The notes under the pieces: generated by a model
Told to the model about the DNA's origin: nothing
What the model saw: only the letters and a program-made list of their open reading frames with translations
Database searches by the model: none
Position numbers and translations under genes: made by a program
Shown here: piece by piece, positions 36,994 to 46,534 of the stretch
Layout of the letters: each line of letters starts with the position of its first letter
Position numbering within the stretch: position 1 is the first letter of the stretch
Origin: a virus
Lineage: Duplodnaviria > Heunggongvirae > Uroviricota > Caudoviricetes
Virus record (IMG/VR): IMGVR_UViG_3300043399_000700
Direction: 5' to 3' (one strand)
Length of the DNA stretch: 64,000 nucleotides

Positions 36994-37201
36994 GCAACTG
37001 GTAATTGAGCGCATGGGTCAGATGTATCATGACTATGCTCAAGCACTTAAAGACTTAAACGATATCAGATCCGGTCAGACAGTAGTAATCCCTGCTAACA
37101 TGGAACATGCTAAGTTTATGGTTGTTATGGGTCAGCACTACATTAACCAAACACACAAGATAACATTTGACGCATTAACAAAGGAATATCAAAATGGTTG
37201 A
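36971..37201 (+). CDS. Hypothetical protein
   Basis: ATG at 36971 with AGGA upstream. The track start at 36932 lacks a ribosome-binding site. Confidence 0.4.
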   Translation: MTQDPLIEQLVIERMGQMYHDYAQALKDLNDIRSGQTVVIPANMEHAKFMVVMGQHYINQTHKITFDALTKEYQNG

Positions 37202-37397
37202 ACTAGAAAAACTAAAGTTTCGAATTGAAACAGTAGAAGCCGCAATTGCTGCATGTAGGACAGCAGTTACAGTTGAGCGCAAAATGGCCACAGAAAAGCA
37301 TCTAAACGGTCATCTAACTAACGCCCTACAGGAACTAGAAAAGGTAAAGAAGCATGTGGAAGATCTCGTGCACCGCGCTGAAGCACAAGGTAATTGA
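37194..37397 (+). CDS. Small coiled-coil protein
   Basis: 67-aa helical ORF. Confidence 0.4.
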   Translation: MVELEKLKFRIETVEAAIAACRTAVTVERKMATEKHLNGHLTNALQELEKVKKHVEDLVHRAEAQGN

Positions 37398-37519
37398 ACA
37401 TCAATTTGAACTATATGCTGTTATAGTAGCACTTTTTCTACTATCCAGATAGTTATCGATATATACGTTTGTAGTAACCCGAATTGTCATCATAGTCTAG
37501 CTCCTAGATAATTCGGTTT

Positions 37520-37548
37520 GTGGCGTCAGCAATGGCGCCACTTTTTTT
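37520..37548 (+). terminator. Putative rho-independent terminator abutting the next promoter
   Basis: GTGGCG...CGCCAC stem with a 10-nt loop followed by CTTTTTTT. The T-run merges into the TTGACT -35 box. Confidence 0.45.
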
Positions 37549-37575
37549 GACTTTTGCTTCACAAGTGTCTATAAT
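37547..37575 (+). promoter_or_regulatory. sigma70 consensus promoter (TTGACT, 17-nt spacer, TATAAT) 7 nt upstream of the uvsW ATG
   Basis: TTGACT 37547-37552 and TATAAT 37570-37575. The predicted transcription start is at or next to the ATG at 37583. Confidence 0.65.
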
Positions 37576-37582
37576 TACTACA

Positions 37583-39052
37583 ATGAAGACAGCCCGACTT
37601 ATTATCAAAGACGAAGTTAATGTAAAGATCGAAGGATTGGATCTCGACTGTCGTCGCAAACTCGTAAACACATTCAAGTACGACATTCCTTATGCTCGCT
37701 ACCTTCCAGCAGTTCGTTTAGGGCGTTGGGACGGCAAAGCACAATTTTTTCAGTTAGGTGGTAGCACTTACACAAACTTGCTACCAGAAATACTGCCTAT
37801 ACTAGAACAATATGGCTATGATATTGAACTCGAAGACCTGCGCGAGTATCAGACTACCTTTGAGTTTACACCAATCAAAGAAGATACATTTGCACATATT
37901 ACATGGCCCAAAGGCCATCCCGAAGCAGGCAAGCCTATACTGTTTCGAGATTATCAAATTGAAATCGTAAACAACTTCTTAGAAAACCCACAATGCTTGC
38001 AGGAAATTGCCACAGGTGCAGGCAAGACATTAATGACCGCAGCATTGAGTCATTGTGTTGAACCCTATGGGCGCAGCATTGTTATTGTACCTAACAAAAG
38101 TCTAGTAACGCAAACAGAAAAAGACTATCGCAACTTGGAACTTGATGTAGGTGTGTACTTTGGCGATCGCAAAGAGTGGGGCAAGACGCATACTATTTGC
38201 ACATGGCAAAGCCTAAACGTGCTACTAAAGAATACCAAGTCGGGTGTAGCAGATTGTACTATCGGCGATTTCTTAGAAGATGTTGTGTGCGTAATGGTTG
38301 ATGAAGTACACATGGCCAAAGCCGAAGCACTTAAAACTCTGCTAACCAGCGTAATGGCCGAAGTGCCTATTCGTTGGGGGCTAACAGGTACTATTCCCAA
38401 AGAAATGTTTGAGTTCCAGGCATTACATGTTAGTCTTGGTCCAGTTATCAATAAACTAGCCGCAAGCGAACTACAAGAGCGCGGCGTGCTAGCCAATTGC
38501 CATGTAAACATTGTGCAGTTAGTAGATCACGTAGAATACAAGGACTATCAAAGCGAACTTAAATACCTATTAGAAGAGTCGGGCCGATTAGACACCATGG
38601 CTAGTCTAATTCAACAAGTAAACGAAACTGGTAACACACTAGTTTTAGTTGACCGTGTGGCAGCAGGACAAGCACTGGTCGAACGCTTGGGCGAACGTGC
38701 TGTGTTTGTTTCGGGCGCAACCAAAGGAACAGAAAGACAAGATCATTATGATGAGGTGGCAGAAACAAACGATAAGATCATTGTGGCAACTTATGGCGTT
38801 GCCGCTGTTGGTATTAATATCCCCCGTATTTTTAATTTGGTTCTTATTGAGCCTGGTAAGAGCTTTGTTAGAGTCATTCAGTCGATCGGTCGTGGCATTC
38901 GTAAAGCAGAAGACAAAGACTTTGTTCAAATCTGGGACGTAACTTCAACTTGTAAGTTTGCCAAACGGCACTTAACCAAACGCAAGGCTTACTACAAAGA
39001 AGCCAACTATCCCTTTACTCAAGAAAAACTCGAATGGATGAAAATTAAGTAA
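37583..39052 (+). CDS. uvsW: UvsW-like SF2 (DEVH-box) DNA helicase
   Basis: The N-terminus aligns with T4 UvsW (VKIEGLDLDCRRKLVNTF...GRWDGKAQFF vs VRIDCEESTFHELRDFF...GNWDGRIRLL). Motif I ATGAGKT, motif II MVDEVH, motif VI QSIGRGIR. Confidence 0.85.
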   Translation: MKTARLIIKDEVNVKIEGLDLDCRRKLVNTFKYDIPYARYLPAVRLGRWDGKAQFFQLGGSTYTNLLPEILPILEQYGYDIELEDLREYQTTFEFTPIKEDTFAHITWPKGHPEAGKPILFRDYQIEIVNNFLENPQCLQEIATGAGKTLMTAALSHCVEPYGRSIVIVPNKSLVTQTEKDYRNLELDVGVYFGDRKEWGKTHTICTWQSLNVLLKNTKSGVADCTIGDFLEDVVCVMVDEVHMAKAEALKTLLTSVMAEVPIRWGLTGTIPKEMFEFQALHVSLGPVINKLAASELQERGVLANCHVNIVQLVDHVEYKDYQSELKYLLEESGRLDTMASLIQQVNETGNTLVLVDRVAAGQALVERLGERAVFVSGATKGTERQDHYDEVAETNDKIIVATYGVAAVGINIPRIFNLVLIEPGKSFVRVIQSIGRGIRKAEDKDFVQIWDVTSTCKFAKRHLTKRKAYYKEANYPFTQEKLEWMKIK

Positions 39053-39654
39053 TGGGCATGCCTTGTAAACAACTTCCGTATTTTGAGAATCTACTAGATT
39101 GGAATACGCCTGACTTAATGGTACTTGAAATTGGTTCTGATCGCGGCGAAGGCAGTACCAGTGATTTATATGCTATTGCATCCTCGCACAATATCCAAGT
39201 AACCACAGTTGATGTTGATGATTGGTCTAATCGTCATAGCAATAACTTGTGCATTAATTACGAAATCTATAGATCCGGTAGTGCATGGTGCGCAGAAGTT
39301 TTGCCCACACTCAATAAAAAAATCAAAATACTTTACTTAGATAATTTTGATTGGACATGGAACGAAGCAGAACCCAACGAAATGATTGTTAAGCAACAAG
39401 CAGACTATCGCACACGTGGTGTTATTATGAACAACTTTAACTGCGTTCAAGAACACTTGATGCAAACAATGTATTGCTTGCCCTACATGGACAACAACTG
39501 TTTGATTATTTGTGACGATACATGGAAGTGCCCGACCCTAGGAATTTACATAGGTAAGTGCGGCCCGGCGGTACACTATTTGGTTCAGCAAGGGTTTATT
39601 ATCTTATATTCAGATAATTGCGGAGTCATTTTGGGCAGGAACCTCTTGCATTAG
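39052..39654 (+). CDS. Class I SAM-dependent methyltransferase-like protein
   Basis: MVLEIGSDRGEGST (motif I, LEiG.g.G) followed by acidic motif II VTTVDVDDW. About 200 aa. Confidence 0.45.
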   Translation: MGMPCKQLPYFENLLDWNTPDLMVLEIGSDRGEGSTSDLYAIASSHNIQVTTVDVDDWSNRHSNNLCINYEIYRSGSAWCAEVLPTLNKKIKILYLDNFDWTWNEAEPNEMIVKQQADYRTRGVIMNNFNCVQEHLMQTMYCLPYMDNNCLIICDDTWKCPTLGIYIGKCGPAVHYLVQQGFIILYSDNCGVILGRNLLH

Positions 39655-39680
39655 TAGTAAAATCTATATACAATTATATC

Positions 39681-40181
39681 ATGAGAATATTAACTTTAGA
39701 CAACGTTTCATACAACCTAGATACGCTCCCGGAAGAAATTGATGATATGCGTTTTGCTATACTCGACAATTCGGATCCAAGTGCACCTGACTACCATTAC
39801 ATTCCACTGATCTTTTTAGAATCTTTTAATAGTCCTGCACTTGTACTGCAAATCGGAAAACAGCGTATTCGCATGCCTATTGATTGGCAAATACTAATCG
39901 GCGAACCGGACCTAGGTGATTTAGAAATGCTACCATTGACATCTATCAACGATCGAGGATTTAAAGCATTTCAGTTCAACCCGCTTAGTAGCTTCAGACC
40001 GAGTTTCCTGCCCATCGAAATAGTAGATGTTTATCACGATGTGGCTTGGTATGCACCGAAACTTAAAAACGGCCAAATGTTAGCAATTCCTTTGGATGAT
40101 TCAGAAAAACCAGACTGTGTGTATTTTGTCAAGGACATTAGTCGTAACTGCGAAATCGTTGACTACAACAGAGCGTGGTAA
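39681..40181 (+). CDS. Hypothetical protein
   Basis: ATG at 39681 (MRILTLD). Confidence 0.4.
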   Translation: MRILTLDNVSYNLDTLPEEIDDMRFAILDNSDPSAPDYHYIPLIFLESFNSPALVLQIGKQRIRMPIDWQILIGEPDLGDLEMLPLTSINDRGFKAFQFNPLSSFRPSFLPIEIVDVYHDVAWYAPKLKNGQMLAIPLDDSEKPDCVYFVKDISRNCEIVDYNRAW

Positions 40182-40948
40182 TGTCTAGGTTGGTAGCCGG
40201 AGGATGTAGTTGCACACGGCATTGCTGGCCTACGTGGGCAGATTATCTCGGGCAACATTTTGATTCCTATATTAACACAGCTAATGGTGGAGCAGACAAT
40301 GCTACTATTGCTAGAAACATAATCGACACCGCACAAGCCGGTGATGTTGTAGTAGTACAATGGACTGGATTTGATCGGTTTAATTTGTTTTATGATCATG
40401 TACCTCCAAAGTATCATTACATAGACGCATATAACTCTCATAAATTAATTGTAGAGCAATGCGGAATGACGCAAGAGAATGTACAAGGTTCTTGGCAATA
40501 CAACGGTACATTAGCAAACAATAAACTTTTTTTAAAACACTTTTACAGTCCTATTGAGCGTTTTAGAAATACTCTAGATTCGGTTCGTTCTGTTGTAATG
40601 CACAGTAAACTAACAGGATACAAGTTGTATAATTTTACCATGACTAATTGGTTCCTTGGTGAAATCGAGTCGAAGATAGACCAAAGATTAATAGTAATGC
40701 ATCAGCGAGAAAAGTTTCCAAACTTTTATTTGAAAAACAATTTATTGGCTGTTAGGGATCAAATCGGATATCAACCAATAACACACAAATATTGTACACC
40801 GGGTATCGACTCACATCCTCAGCCATGGGTCAATTGGGTTTGGTTAAAAGAACATATTGCTCCAACTATTGGCGTTGAACTTGACTTGTCGATGGAAGAT
40901 CAAGTAAAATTAGATCAACAGCGGGTAATAAACGGAGACATTGATTAA
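40181..40948 (+). CDS. SGNH/GDSL-like hydrolase, paralog 1 (GGCSCT variant)
   Basis: N-terminal block RLVAGGCSCT. About 250 aa. Paralogous to the ORFs at 44087 and 45821. Confidence 0.4.
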   Translation: MSRLVAGGCSCTRHCWPTWADYLGQHFDSYINTANGGADNATIARNIIDTAQAGDVVVVQWTGFDRFNLFYDHVPPKYHYIDAYNSHKLIVEQCGMTQENVQGSWQYNGTLANNKLFLKHFYSPIERFRNTLDSVRSVVMHSKLTGYKLYNFTMTNWFLGEIESKIDQRLIVMHQREKFPNFYLKNNLLAVRDQIGYQPITHKYCTPGIDSHPQPWVNWVWLKEHIAPTIGVELDLSMEDQVKLDQQRVINGDID

Positions 40949-40949
40949 A

Positions 40950-41396
40950 ATGGATAAGTTAAGCATTGGCAACGAAATGATGCAGTTAGATCGTAAGAAC
41001 CGTGAGTTCTACGACAGTCTAACGGAAGAAGAACGCAAGAAGTTTTCCAACTACTTAATGCTACGTTGGGGATCTAGCGTACAAGGTGCTGAAGAATTAC
41101 AATCGTACTATGTACAAAGTTGCAACCATTACTTGAACAAACACTTTTTTGCTATTAACAAGCATCCTAAACTACAATGGCTGTGTGCTACTGCAATTAG
41201 TCCTAACATGGGCACATTTAAGCACCAGTGGATTGCTCCTAAAAAGAAAGAAGCAGGATCTAACGAAGTTAAGAAAGCATTAATGGAGGCCATGCCTGCA
41301 ATGAAGGCCGATGACATTAACACACTAAGCAAGTTAATCACAAAGAAAGAACTCAAGGAGTGGTTGCGTGAGCACGGACACGCTGACAAAGACTGA
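40950..41396 (+). CDS. Hypothetical protein
   Basis: ATG at 40950 two nucleotides after the upstream TAA. Confidence 0.4.
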   Translation: MDKLSIGNEMMQLDRKNREFYDSLTEEERKKFSNYLMLRWGSSVQGAEELQSYYVQSCNHYLNKHFFAINKHPKLQWLCATAISPNMGTFKHQWIAPKKKEAGSNEVKKALMEAMPAMKADDINTLSKLITKKELKEWLREHGHADKD

Positions 41397-42066
41397 ATAT
41401 CGCTGTAAGTACTGCGACAAAGCATTTGCCCGCGAGTCAACACTTGCGGTACACATGTGCGAGCCCAAACGTAGGTATTCAGAGCAAAGCGAAAAAGGTG
41501 TGCAAATAGGTTTACAGGCCTATTTGCGTTTCTACGAAATAACACAAGGATCGGCCAAACTAAAAACGTTTGATGATTTTGCTAAGTCTGCATACTATCG
41601 TGCGTTTGTAAAGTTTGGACGCCATTGTGTTGCTATTAACGCTATTAACATTGCTGAGTTTATTAACTGGATAATCAAACAAAACAAAAAACTAGATTAC
41701 TGGTGTCAGGAAAAGATCTACTTGGAGTATCTAGCATATTACTTGCGTCACGAAGCAGTTAGTGATGCATTAGGGAGAGCAATTGAATATGGTATCAAAT
41801 GGTCGGAAAAAACTGGACACCCGGCAAACGACTTTTTACGGTTTGGCAACGACAACGCTATTGCTTTTGCTATTAGTACTGGTCGTATTAGTCCATGGGT
41901 AGTTTATAACTGCGAGTCAGGACAGCATTACTTAGAGCGTATGAACGGTGAGCAAAGTGCCATTATTTGGCCCGTGGTGGATCCGGACTTTTGGTCTAAG
42001 AAGTTTCACGATTATCTAGCAGATCAAGAGTACGCCAAAGAAATACTAAAGCAGGCAGGCTGGTAA
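41368..42066 (+). CDS. C2HC zinc-finger-containing protein (GTG start)
   Basis: YRCKYCDKAFARESTLAVHMC = C-x2-C-x12-H-x-C. AAGGAG ribosome-binding site before the GTG at 41368. Confidence 0.45.
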   Translation: MSTDTLTKTEYRCKYCDKAFARESTLAVHMCEPKRRYSEQSEKGVQIGLQAYLRFYEITQGSAKLKTFDDFAKSAYYRAFVKFGRHCVAINAINIAEFINWIIKQNKKLDYWCQEKIYLEYLAYYLRHEAVSDALGRAIEYGIKWSEKTGHPANDFLRFGNDNAIAFAISTGRISPWVVYNCESGQHYLERMNGEQSAIIWPVVDPDFWSKKFHDYLADQEYAKEILKQAGW

Positions 42067-42632
42067 TGAGCGCAGATATTGATTTAGATTTCGCCGATAG
42101 AGAGCAAGCAATAAAACTAGTGCATTGTACGCCTGCGATGCAAGTAACCGACGGTAAAATACGCCGCCATAATTCGGGTGTGTATGTAACAGATATTCCT
42201 TATGATCCTGTTAACCAATGCGCTGCTATAGATTACGAACAAGCAGAACAGCGTGGTTATTTTAAACTAGACTTTCTTAACATGAGTGTGTATCAGTTAA
42301 TTAAAAGTCCAGAGCACTATGAAGAAATGTTAGATTTAACACCGCCGTGGAGTCGGCTATGGCAAGATCCAGAATGGGTCAAGCAGTTAGTACATGTTGG
42401 CAATTACCCTGAGCTACTAGCAGCAATGAAACCTGATTCAATTCCACGTATGGCAGCGTTTATTAGTATTATTCGCCCTGGCAAAGCACATTTACAGCGC
42501 AAGCCCTGGGACGAAGTGTTTACTAGTGTTTGGGATGGTGATGATAGCCGTGGGTTTGTGTTTAAAAAATCTCATAGCCTTAGCTACGCAATGCTTGTCA
42601 CCTTACACATGAATCTATTAGCAGAAAAATAG
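42066..42632 (+). CDS. Hypothetical protein
   Basis: 188-aa ORF with a TAATG overlap. Confidence 0.45.
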   Translation: MSADIDLDFADREQAIKLVHCTPAMQVTDGKIRRHNSGVYVTDIPYDPVNQCAAIDYEQAEQRGYFKLDFLNMSVYQLIKSPEHYEEMLDLTPPWSRLWQDPEWVKQLVHVGNYPELLAAMKPDSIPRMAAFISIIRPGKAHLQRKPWDEVFTSVWDGDDSRGFVFKKSHSLSYAMLVTLHMNLLAEK

Positions 42633-42682
42633 CAGTAAGGGTATGAAAAGTAGCATCACTCTTAATGAACCGCTAGACTTAA

Positions 42683-43060
42683 CTACTCCACACGGCGAAC
42701 TAAAGTAATTGACTTACGCTTGGATTTTTTACGAGCTAAATCAATTAAACTACAGCAAGGCCCGTGTAGGATTTCCAAATCCTTGTTGATAAATGTACGC
42801 AAAAACGGGCGAAATACTTCCCACTCGTTTTTCAAGAAAATATTAATGGGTATTGACCTATTACTTTCCCACCACCAAATATTAGCAAGTTCTACAAACA
42901 GTTTCTTTAGTTCTGCACTTTGTATGTTACCAAAGTCGTAGATAGTTGTAACCGTGTCGTCACGGTTTTGCACAATTCCTATGTACTCATTACCGGCATA
43001 ACTGCAAAAAGTTATAAAAGGGTAACGCTCGGCTATTTTTGTAAAAATTTCTGAACCCAT
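42683..43060 (-). CDS. Hypothetical protein (lone antisense gene)
   Basis: 125-aa minus-strand ORF filling an otherwise non-coding gap between + strand genes. Confidence 0.4.
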   Translation of the reverse strand: MGSEIFTKIAERYPFITFCSYAGNEYIGIVQNRDDTVTTIYDFGNIQSAELKKLFVELANIWWWESNRSIPINIFLKNEWEVFRPFLRTFINKDLEILHGPCCSLIDLARKKSKRKSITLVRRVE

Positions 43061-43085
43061 AAATAGTTGTTAAAGGGAATAACGA

Positions 43086-44090
43086 ATGTATTCAACCACG
43101 GTTTATTTATATCAACAAAAGCATCAGGTAATTTTGATTGACACCAGTGGTGTAGGCGAAGCATTCACACGGAGGTACGCACCAGTGTATAGTAAAAAGT
43201 TAACAATTAACAAAGGCGTTGACAACGTAATTTTATTTGAGTTTGTCAATCAAGATCAGAAACCTGTAAATGTTTCGGGGTCTAGTTTTGTATTTCGTGT
43301 GCTTAATCAAGAGGGCACTGATGTACTATACACCAAAGACATGGAAGTCTTAAACGCACAGTATGGGCGTGTTAAAGTTGTTGTTAACCGTGAGGACTTT
43401 GTAAGCATTGAAGCACAACCAGCAGGCTGGTCAATTGTGCGCAAATCAGGTGTGCTTGTTGAGCCCATAATGGTTGACGACTATGCTGCTGCACGTGGCA
43501 TGGTTGACGTTGTGGACAGCGTATATCCACAATTTGAATCAAGCCAAAACATGACTATTCCCACAAATTTAGAACCAAGTGCCGGAAATCCTAATCGCAG
43601 CCATACATCAGAGGTATATACTGCTGGTTCCGAGTTAGTTACATTCCAATTGGATTTTGACAACTTTACTGGCAATATTATTGCCCAAGGCTCTGATAGC
43701 TATTTAGGTCCTTGGTACAACATTGGTAATCAGCGTACATATACAAGCCGTAGTGAGCGTGATCATTTCAATGTTGAAGGCCGCCACAACTGGTTGCGTT
43801 TTGAATACAACCAATGGGGCACTGGTGCTGCTGCTAACATCACAGTTGGTGAAACCGGTGGGCAGGTTACTAGTATTAACCTAACAGGCGCAGGCAATAA
43901 CTGGTACGGTGTCACAACTCCGCGTGTAACTATTCAAGGGGTTGGTACCGGTGCAACAGCAAATGCCACTGCTGCTAATGCTTCGGTAACGTCGATTACT
44001 CTAGACTCAGGCGGCGAAGGATATGTTCCAAGTATGCAACCAAATGTAGTAATCGATCAAGGTGCAATTACTCATATTATCTATAGATGA
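43086..44090 (+). CDS. Hypothetical, possibly structural, protein with an Ig-like C-terminal region
   Basis: C-terminal GQVTSINLTGAGNNWYGVTTPRVTIQGVGTGATANATAANASVTSITLDSGGEGY is repeat/Ig-like. Confidence 0.4.
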   Translation: MYSTTVYLYQQKHQVILIDTSGVGEAFTRRYAPVYSKKLTINKGVDNVILFEFVNQDQKPVNVSGSSFVFRVLNQEGTDVLYTKDMEVLNAQYGRVKVVVNREDFVSIEAQPAGWSIVRKSGVLVEPIMVDDYAAARGMVDVVDSVYPQFESSQNMTIPTNLEPSAGNPNRSHTSEVYTAGSELVTFQLDFDNFTGNIIAQGSDSYLGPWYNIGNQRTYTSRSERDHFNVEGRHNWLRFEYNQWGTGAAANITVGETGGQVTSINLTGAGNNWYGVTTPRVTIQGVGTGATANATAANASVTSITLDSGGEGYVPSMQPNVVIDQGAITHIIYR

Positions 44091-44845
44091 CAATTACAAA
44101 ACTTGTAGCATTTGGATGTTCCTGGACATTTGGTGACGAACTAGTTGATCCACACTTAGCAGAACTTGAAGCAGAAAACCTAGAAAAATACGGGCAGATC
44201 AAAGATCATTATGACGCCAATGCCCCTTACAGACTTGATCACGGTTACCCAGGATTAGTAGCCAAACACTATGGTTTAGAATTGCACAACATGGCTTTCC
44301 CGGGATCGAGTTTGGAAAGCATGCGGTGGAATCTTATGTGGTATCTCAAAGGCGGCATGCCCAAGGATGTGCTATTTCTAGTTGGGCTAACAGATGCTAC
44401 TCGTATGAGTTGGTTTAATCCTAACCATTATATTAGTAAAAAGGATCCTCCTTGGAATCGCCATATGCACGGCACATGGTTAACACAGGACAATCCTGAT
44501 ATTGATCAGAACTGGTACACATTGCAAAAAACTTGGTTAGGTATGAGCTACCACCGAGATTGGGCTGAGTTCAACTTTGCTCAAACTATTAACTTATTTG
44601 ACCAAGCGTCAAGTCGTTACGGAATTCCTGTAATACAGTTTAACGTATTGTCCAATAACTATGCGCCAACTTGTCCAACTCTAGTCTACCCAGGTACAGA
44701 CTTTAGAGCCATATTAAATGCCAAACAAAAAGAATTCGGTAAAACCTATTTTGCTCAAGGTGGGCACCCAAACGAGCAGGGTCACCGAATCATTGCAGAT
44801 CACTTGATTGAACACATAAAGTATAGTAAAATATTAGAATGTTAG
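44087..44845 (+). CDS. SGNH/GDSL-like hydrolase, paralog 2
   Basis: Block I KLVAFGCSWTFGDE. Block V-like QGGHPNEQGHRIIADHLI (DG-HPN-G...iA). Confidence 0.5.
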   Translation: MTITKLVAFGCSWTFGDELVDPHLAELEAENLEKYGQIKDHYDANAPYRLDHGYPGLVAKHYGLELHNMAFPGSSLESMRWNLMWYLKGGMPKDVLFLVGLTDATRMSWFNPNHYISKKDPPWNRHMHGTWLTQDNPDIDQNWYTLQKTWLGMSYHRDWAEFNFAQTINLFDQASSRYGIPVIQFNVLSNNYAPTCPTLVYPGTDFRAILNAKQKEFGKTYFAQGGHPNEQGHRIIADHLIEHIKYSKILEC

Positions 44846-45828
44846 ACATTCTAAGTTACTTGCCGGGTAAGCGTAAGCAGTCTAGTTCGGGCTGGATTAG
44901 TTTTAATGCACCTTGCTGTGTACACAATGGCGAAAACGCTGACAAGCGATCACGTGGTGGCCTAAAGGTCACCGAACAGGGTTGGAGTTATCATTGCTTT
45001 AACTGTAACTATACCGCAAGTTTTACCCTAGGACGCACATTAAGTTTAAAAGCACGTAGGCTGCTACAGTGGCTAGGTGTTGACACCAACGACATTGAAC
45101 GCATTAATTTAGAAAGTCTTAAGCATAAAAGCATTGCTGGCATTATTGATAGCCGCAAGACGTTTGAAGCATTAGCAGATATTAAGTTCGAAGAAAGTCC
45201 CTTACCTGATACTGAAATTAAGTTCGTTGGACCTGAAGATCAACTCCATTGGGATTATATACAGAGTCGGTGTGTGCCCGACGGATATCCGTTTATGATG
45301 CGCACCTACGATGACGGTGTTCACTGGACTCGTCCGCATGTTATCGTTCCGTTTACACACAATGATGTCTTAGTAGGACATAGTTGCAGATTTTTAGATG
45401 GTAAGTCACCCAAGTATATTAATGATATGCAGCCGGGTTATGTGTTTGGCACAGACTTGCAACACGACGACTGGCAGTATGCTATTGTTGTTGAGGGTTT
45501 ATTTGATGCGCTGTCAATTAACGGACTAGCAGTAATGCACAACACAGTAAATGACGCACAAGCTAGACTAATACGTAGTTTAGGTAAAGAAGTCGTTGTT
45601 GTGCCTGATCAAGATTTGCCAGGACTAGAACTAATAGATCGCGCTGTAGAATTAAATTGGGCAGTGAGTATTCCGCCCTGGCCCGATGACATCAAAGATG
45701 TAAACGATGCAGTACAGCGATATGGGCGTGTTGCAACATTATTAAGTATCCTTGAGCACAAACAAACAAGTAAGATTAAAATTGAACTTGCTCGCCGCGA
45801 CTTAAAGCGTAGGTTAAGCCATGAATAA
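44839..45828 (+). CDS. DNA primase (zinc-ribbon plus TOPRIM)
   Basis: Zn ribbon CCVHNG...YHCFNCNY. TOPRIM VVVEGLFDALS...VVVVPDQDLPG with the conserved E and DxD. Confidence 0.75.
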   Translation: MLDILSYLPGKRKQSSSGWISFNAPCCVHNGENADKRSRGGLKVTEQGWSYHCFNCNYTASFTLGRTLSLKARRLLQWLGVDTNDIERINLESLKHKSIAGIIDSRKTFEALADIKFEESPLPDTEIKFVGPEDQLHWDYIQSRCVPDGYPFMMRTYDDGVHWTRPHVIVPFTHNDVLVGHSCRFLDGKSPKYINDMQPGYVFGTDLQHDDWQYAIVVEGLFDALSINGLAVMHNTVNDAQARLIRSLGKEVVVVPDQDLPGLELIDRAVELNWAVSIPPWPDDIKDVNDAVQRYGRVATLLSILEHKQTSKIKIELARRDLKRRLSHE

Positions 45829-46534
45829 AATATACTTTACTGGATGCTCGATTACTGCAGGACAAGGTTTTGAGTTTGAGCGCAATGATTTGCAAATTTA
45901 TCCTAATTTAGTGTGCGCAGAATATCAAGTTACATGTATCAACCAAGCCGAAGGCGGATCAGATAATCACAAAATTTTTATAAAGACGGCCAAAGCCATT
46001 ATGGACCACCAAGCAGACGTTTATGTGGTACAGTGGTCGGCATTGCATCGGCATTGGTTGTATCCTGCACCCAATAAGGGCATTTACCTAGGATCGCACA
46101 TAGAAGAATCACCTTTAAAGTCCTTTATTACTCAATATCAGTTGTTAAATCACGATTATAACAATATAATGACTGTTATTGATTACACAAGAATACTAGA
46201 AAACCTGGCACAATCAAATTTTAGACGAGTTGTTTTTGTCAATGGTATGATACCTTGGACCGAAGATTTACTAACACAAAAGGATTACGGACTGTATGCA
46301 CAAGAATTATTCAAAGACTTGGACAACAACGAAGTTGACGATTTTAAAAATAGACTAGCCAATAATTTAGAATTAGTTAATTGGTCTTTGTGGGCTAATC
46401 CATGGTCCAGCATAATGGCCATGCAACAAGACAACGCACCATTGGACAATCATCCGGGCGCCAAAACGCACGAGCAAGTTGCTCGCAAGGTAATTACTGT
46501 ACTAGATCAACTCGACGAACAACAATATGACTGA
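45821..46534 (+). CDS. SGNH/GDSL-like hydrolase, paralog 3
   Basis: Block I KIYFTGCSITAGQG. Block V-like DNHPGAKTHEQVARKV. Confidence 0.5.
   Translation: MNKIYFTGCSITAGQGFEFERNDLQIYPNLVCAEYQVTCINQAEGGSDNHKIFIKTAKAIMDHQADVYVVQWSALHRHWLYPAPNKGIYLGSHIEESPLKSFITQYQLLNHDYNNIMTVIDYTRILENLAQSNFRRVVFVNGMIPWTEDLLTQKDYGLYAQELFKDLDNNEVDDFKNRLANNLELVNWSLWANPWSSIMAMQQDNAPLDNHPGAKTHEQVARKVITVLDQLDEQQYD

Noticed and set aside
37520-37582. N-terminal 21 codons (MASAMAPLFLTFASQVSIITT) of the track ORF at 37520
   Set aside because: They translate the terminator and promoter sequence. Homology to T4 UvsW begins at M22 (37583).
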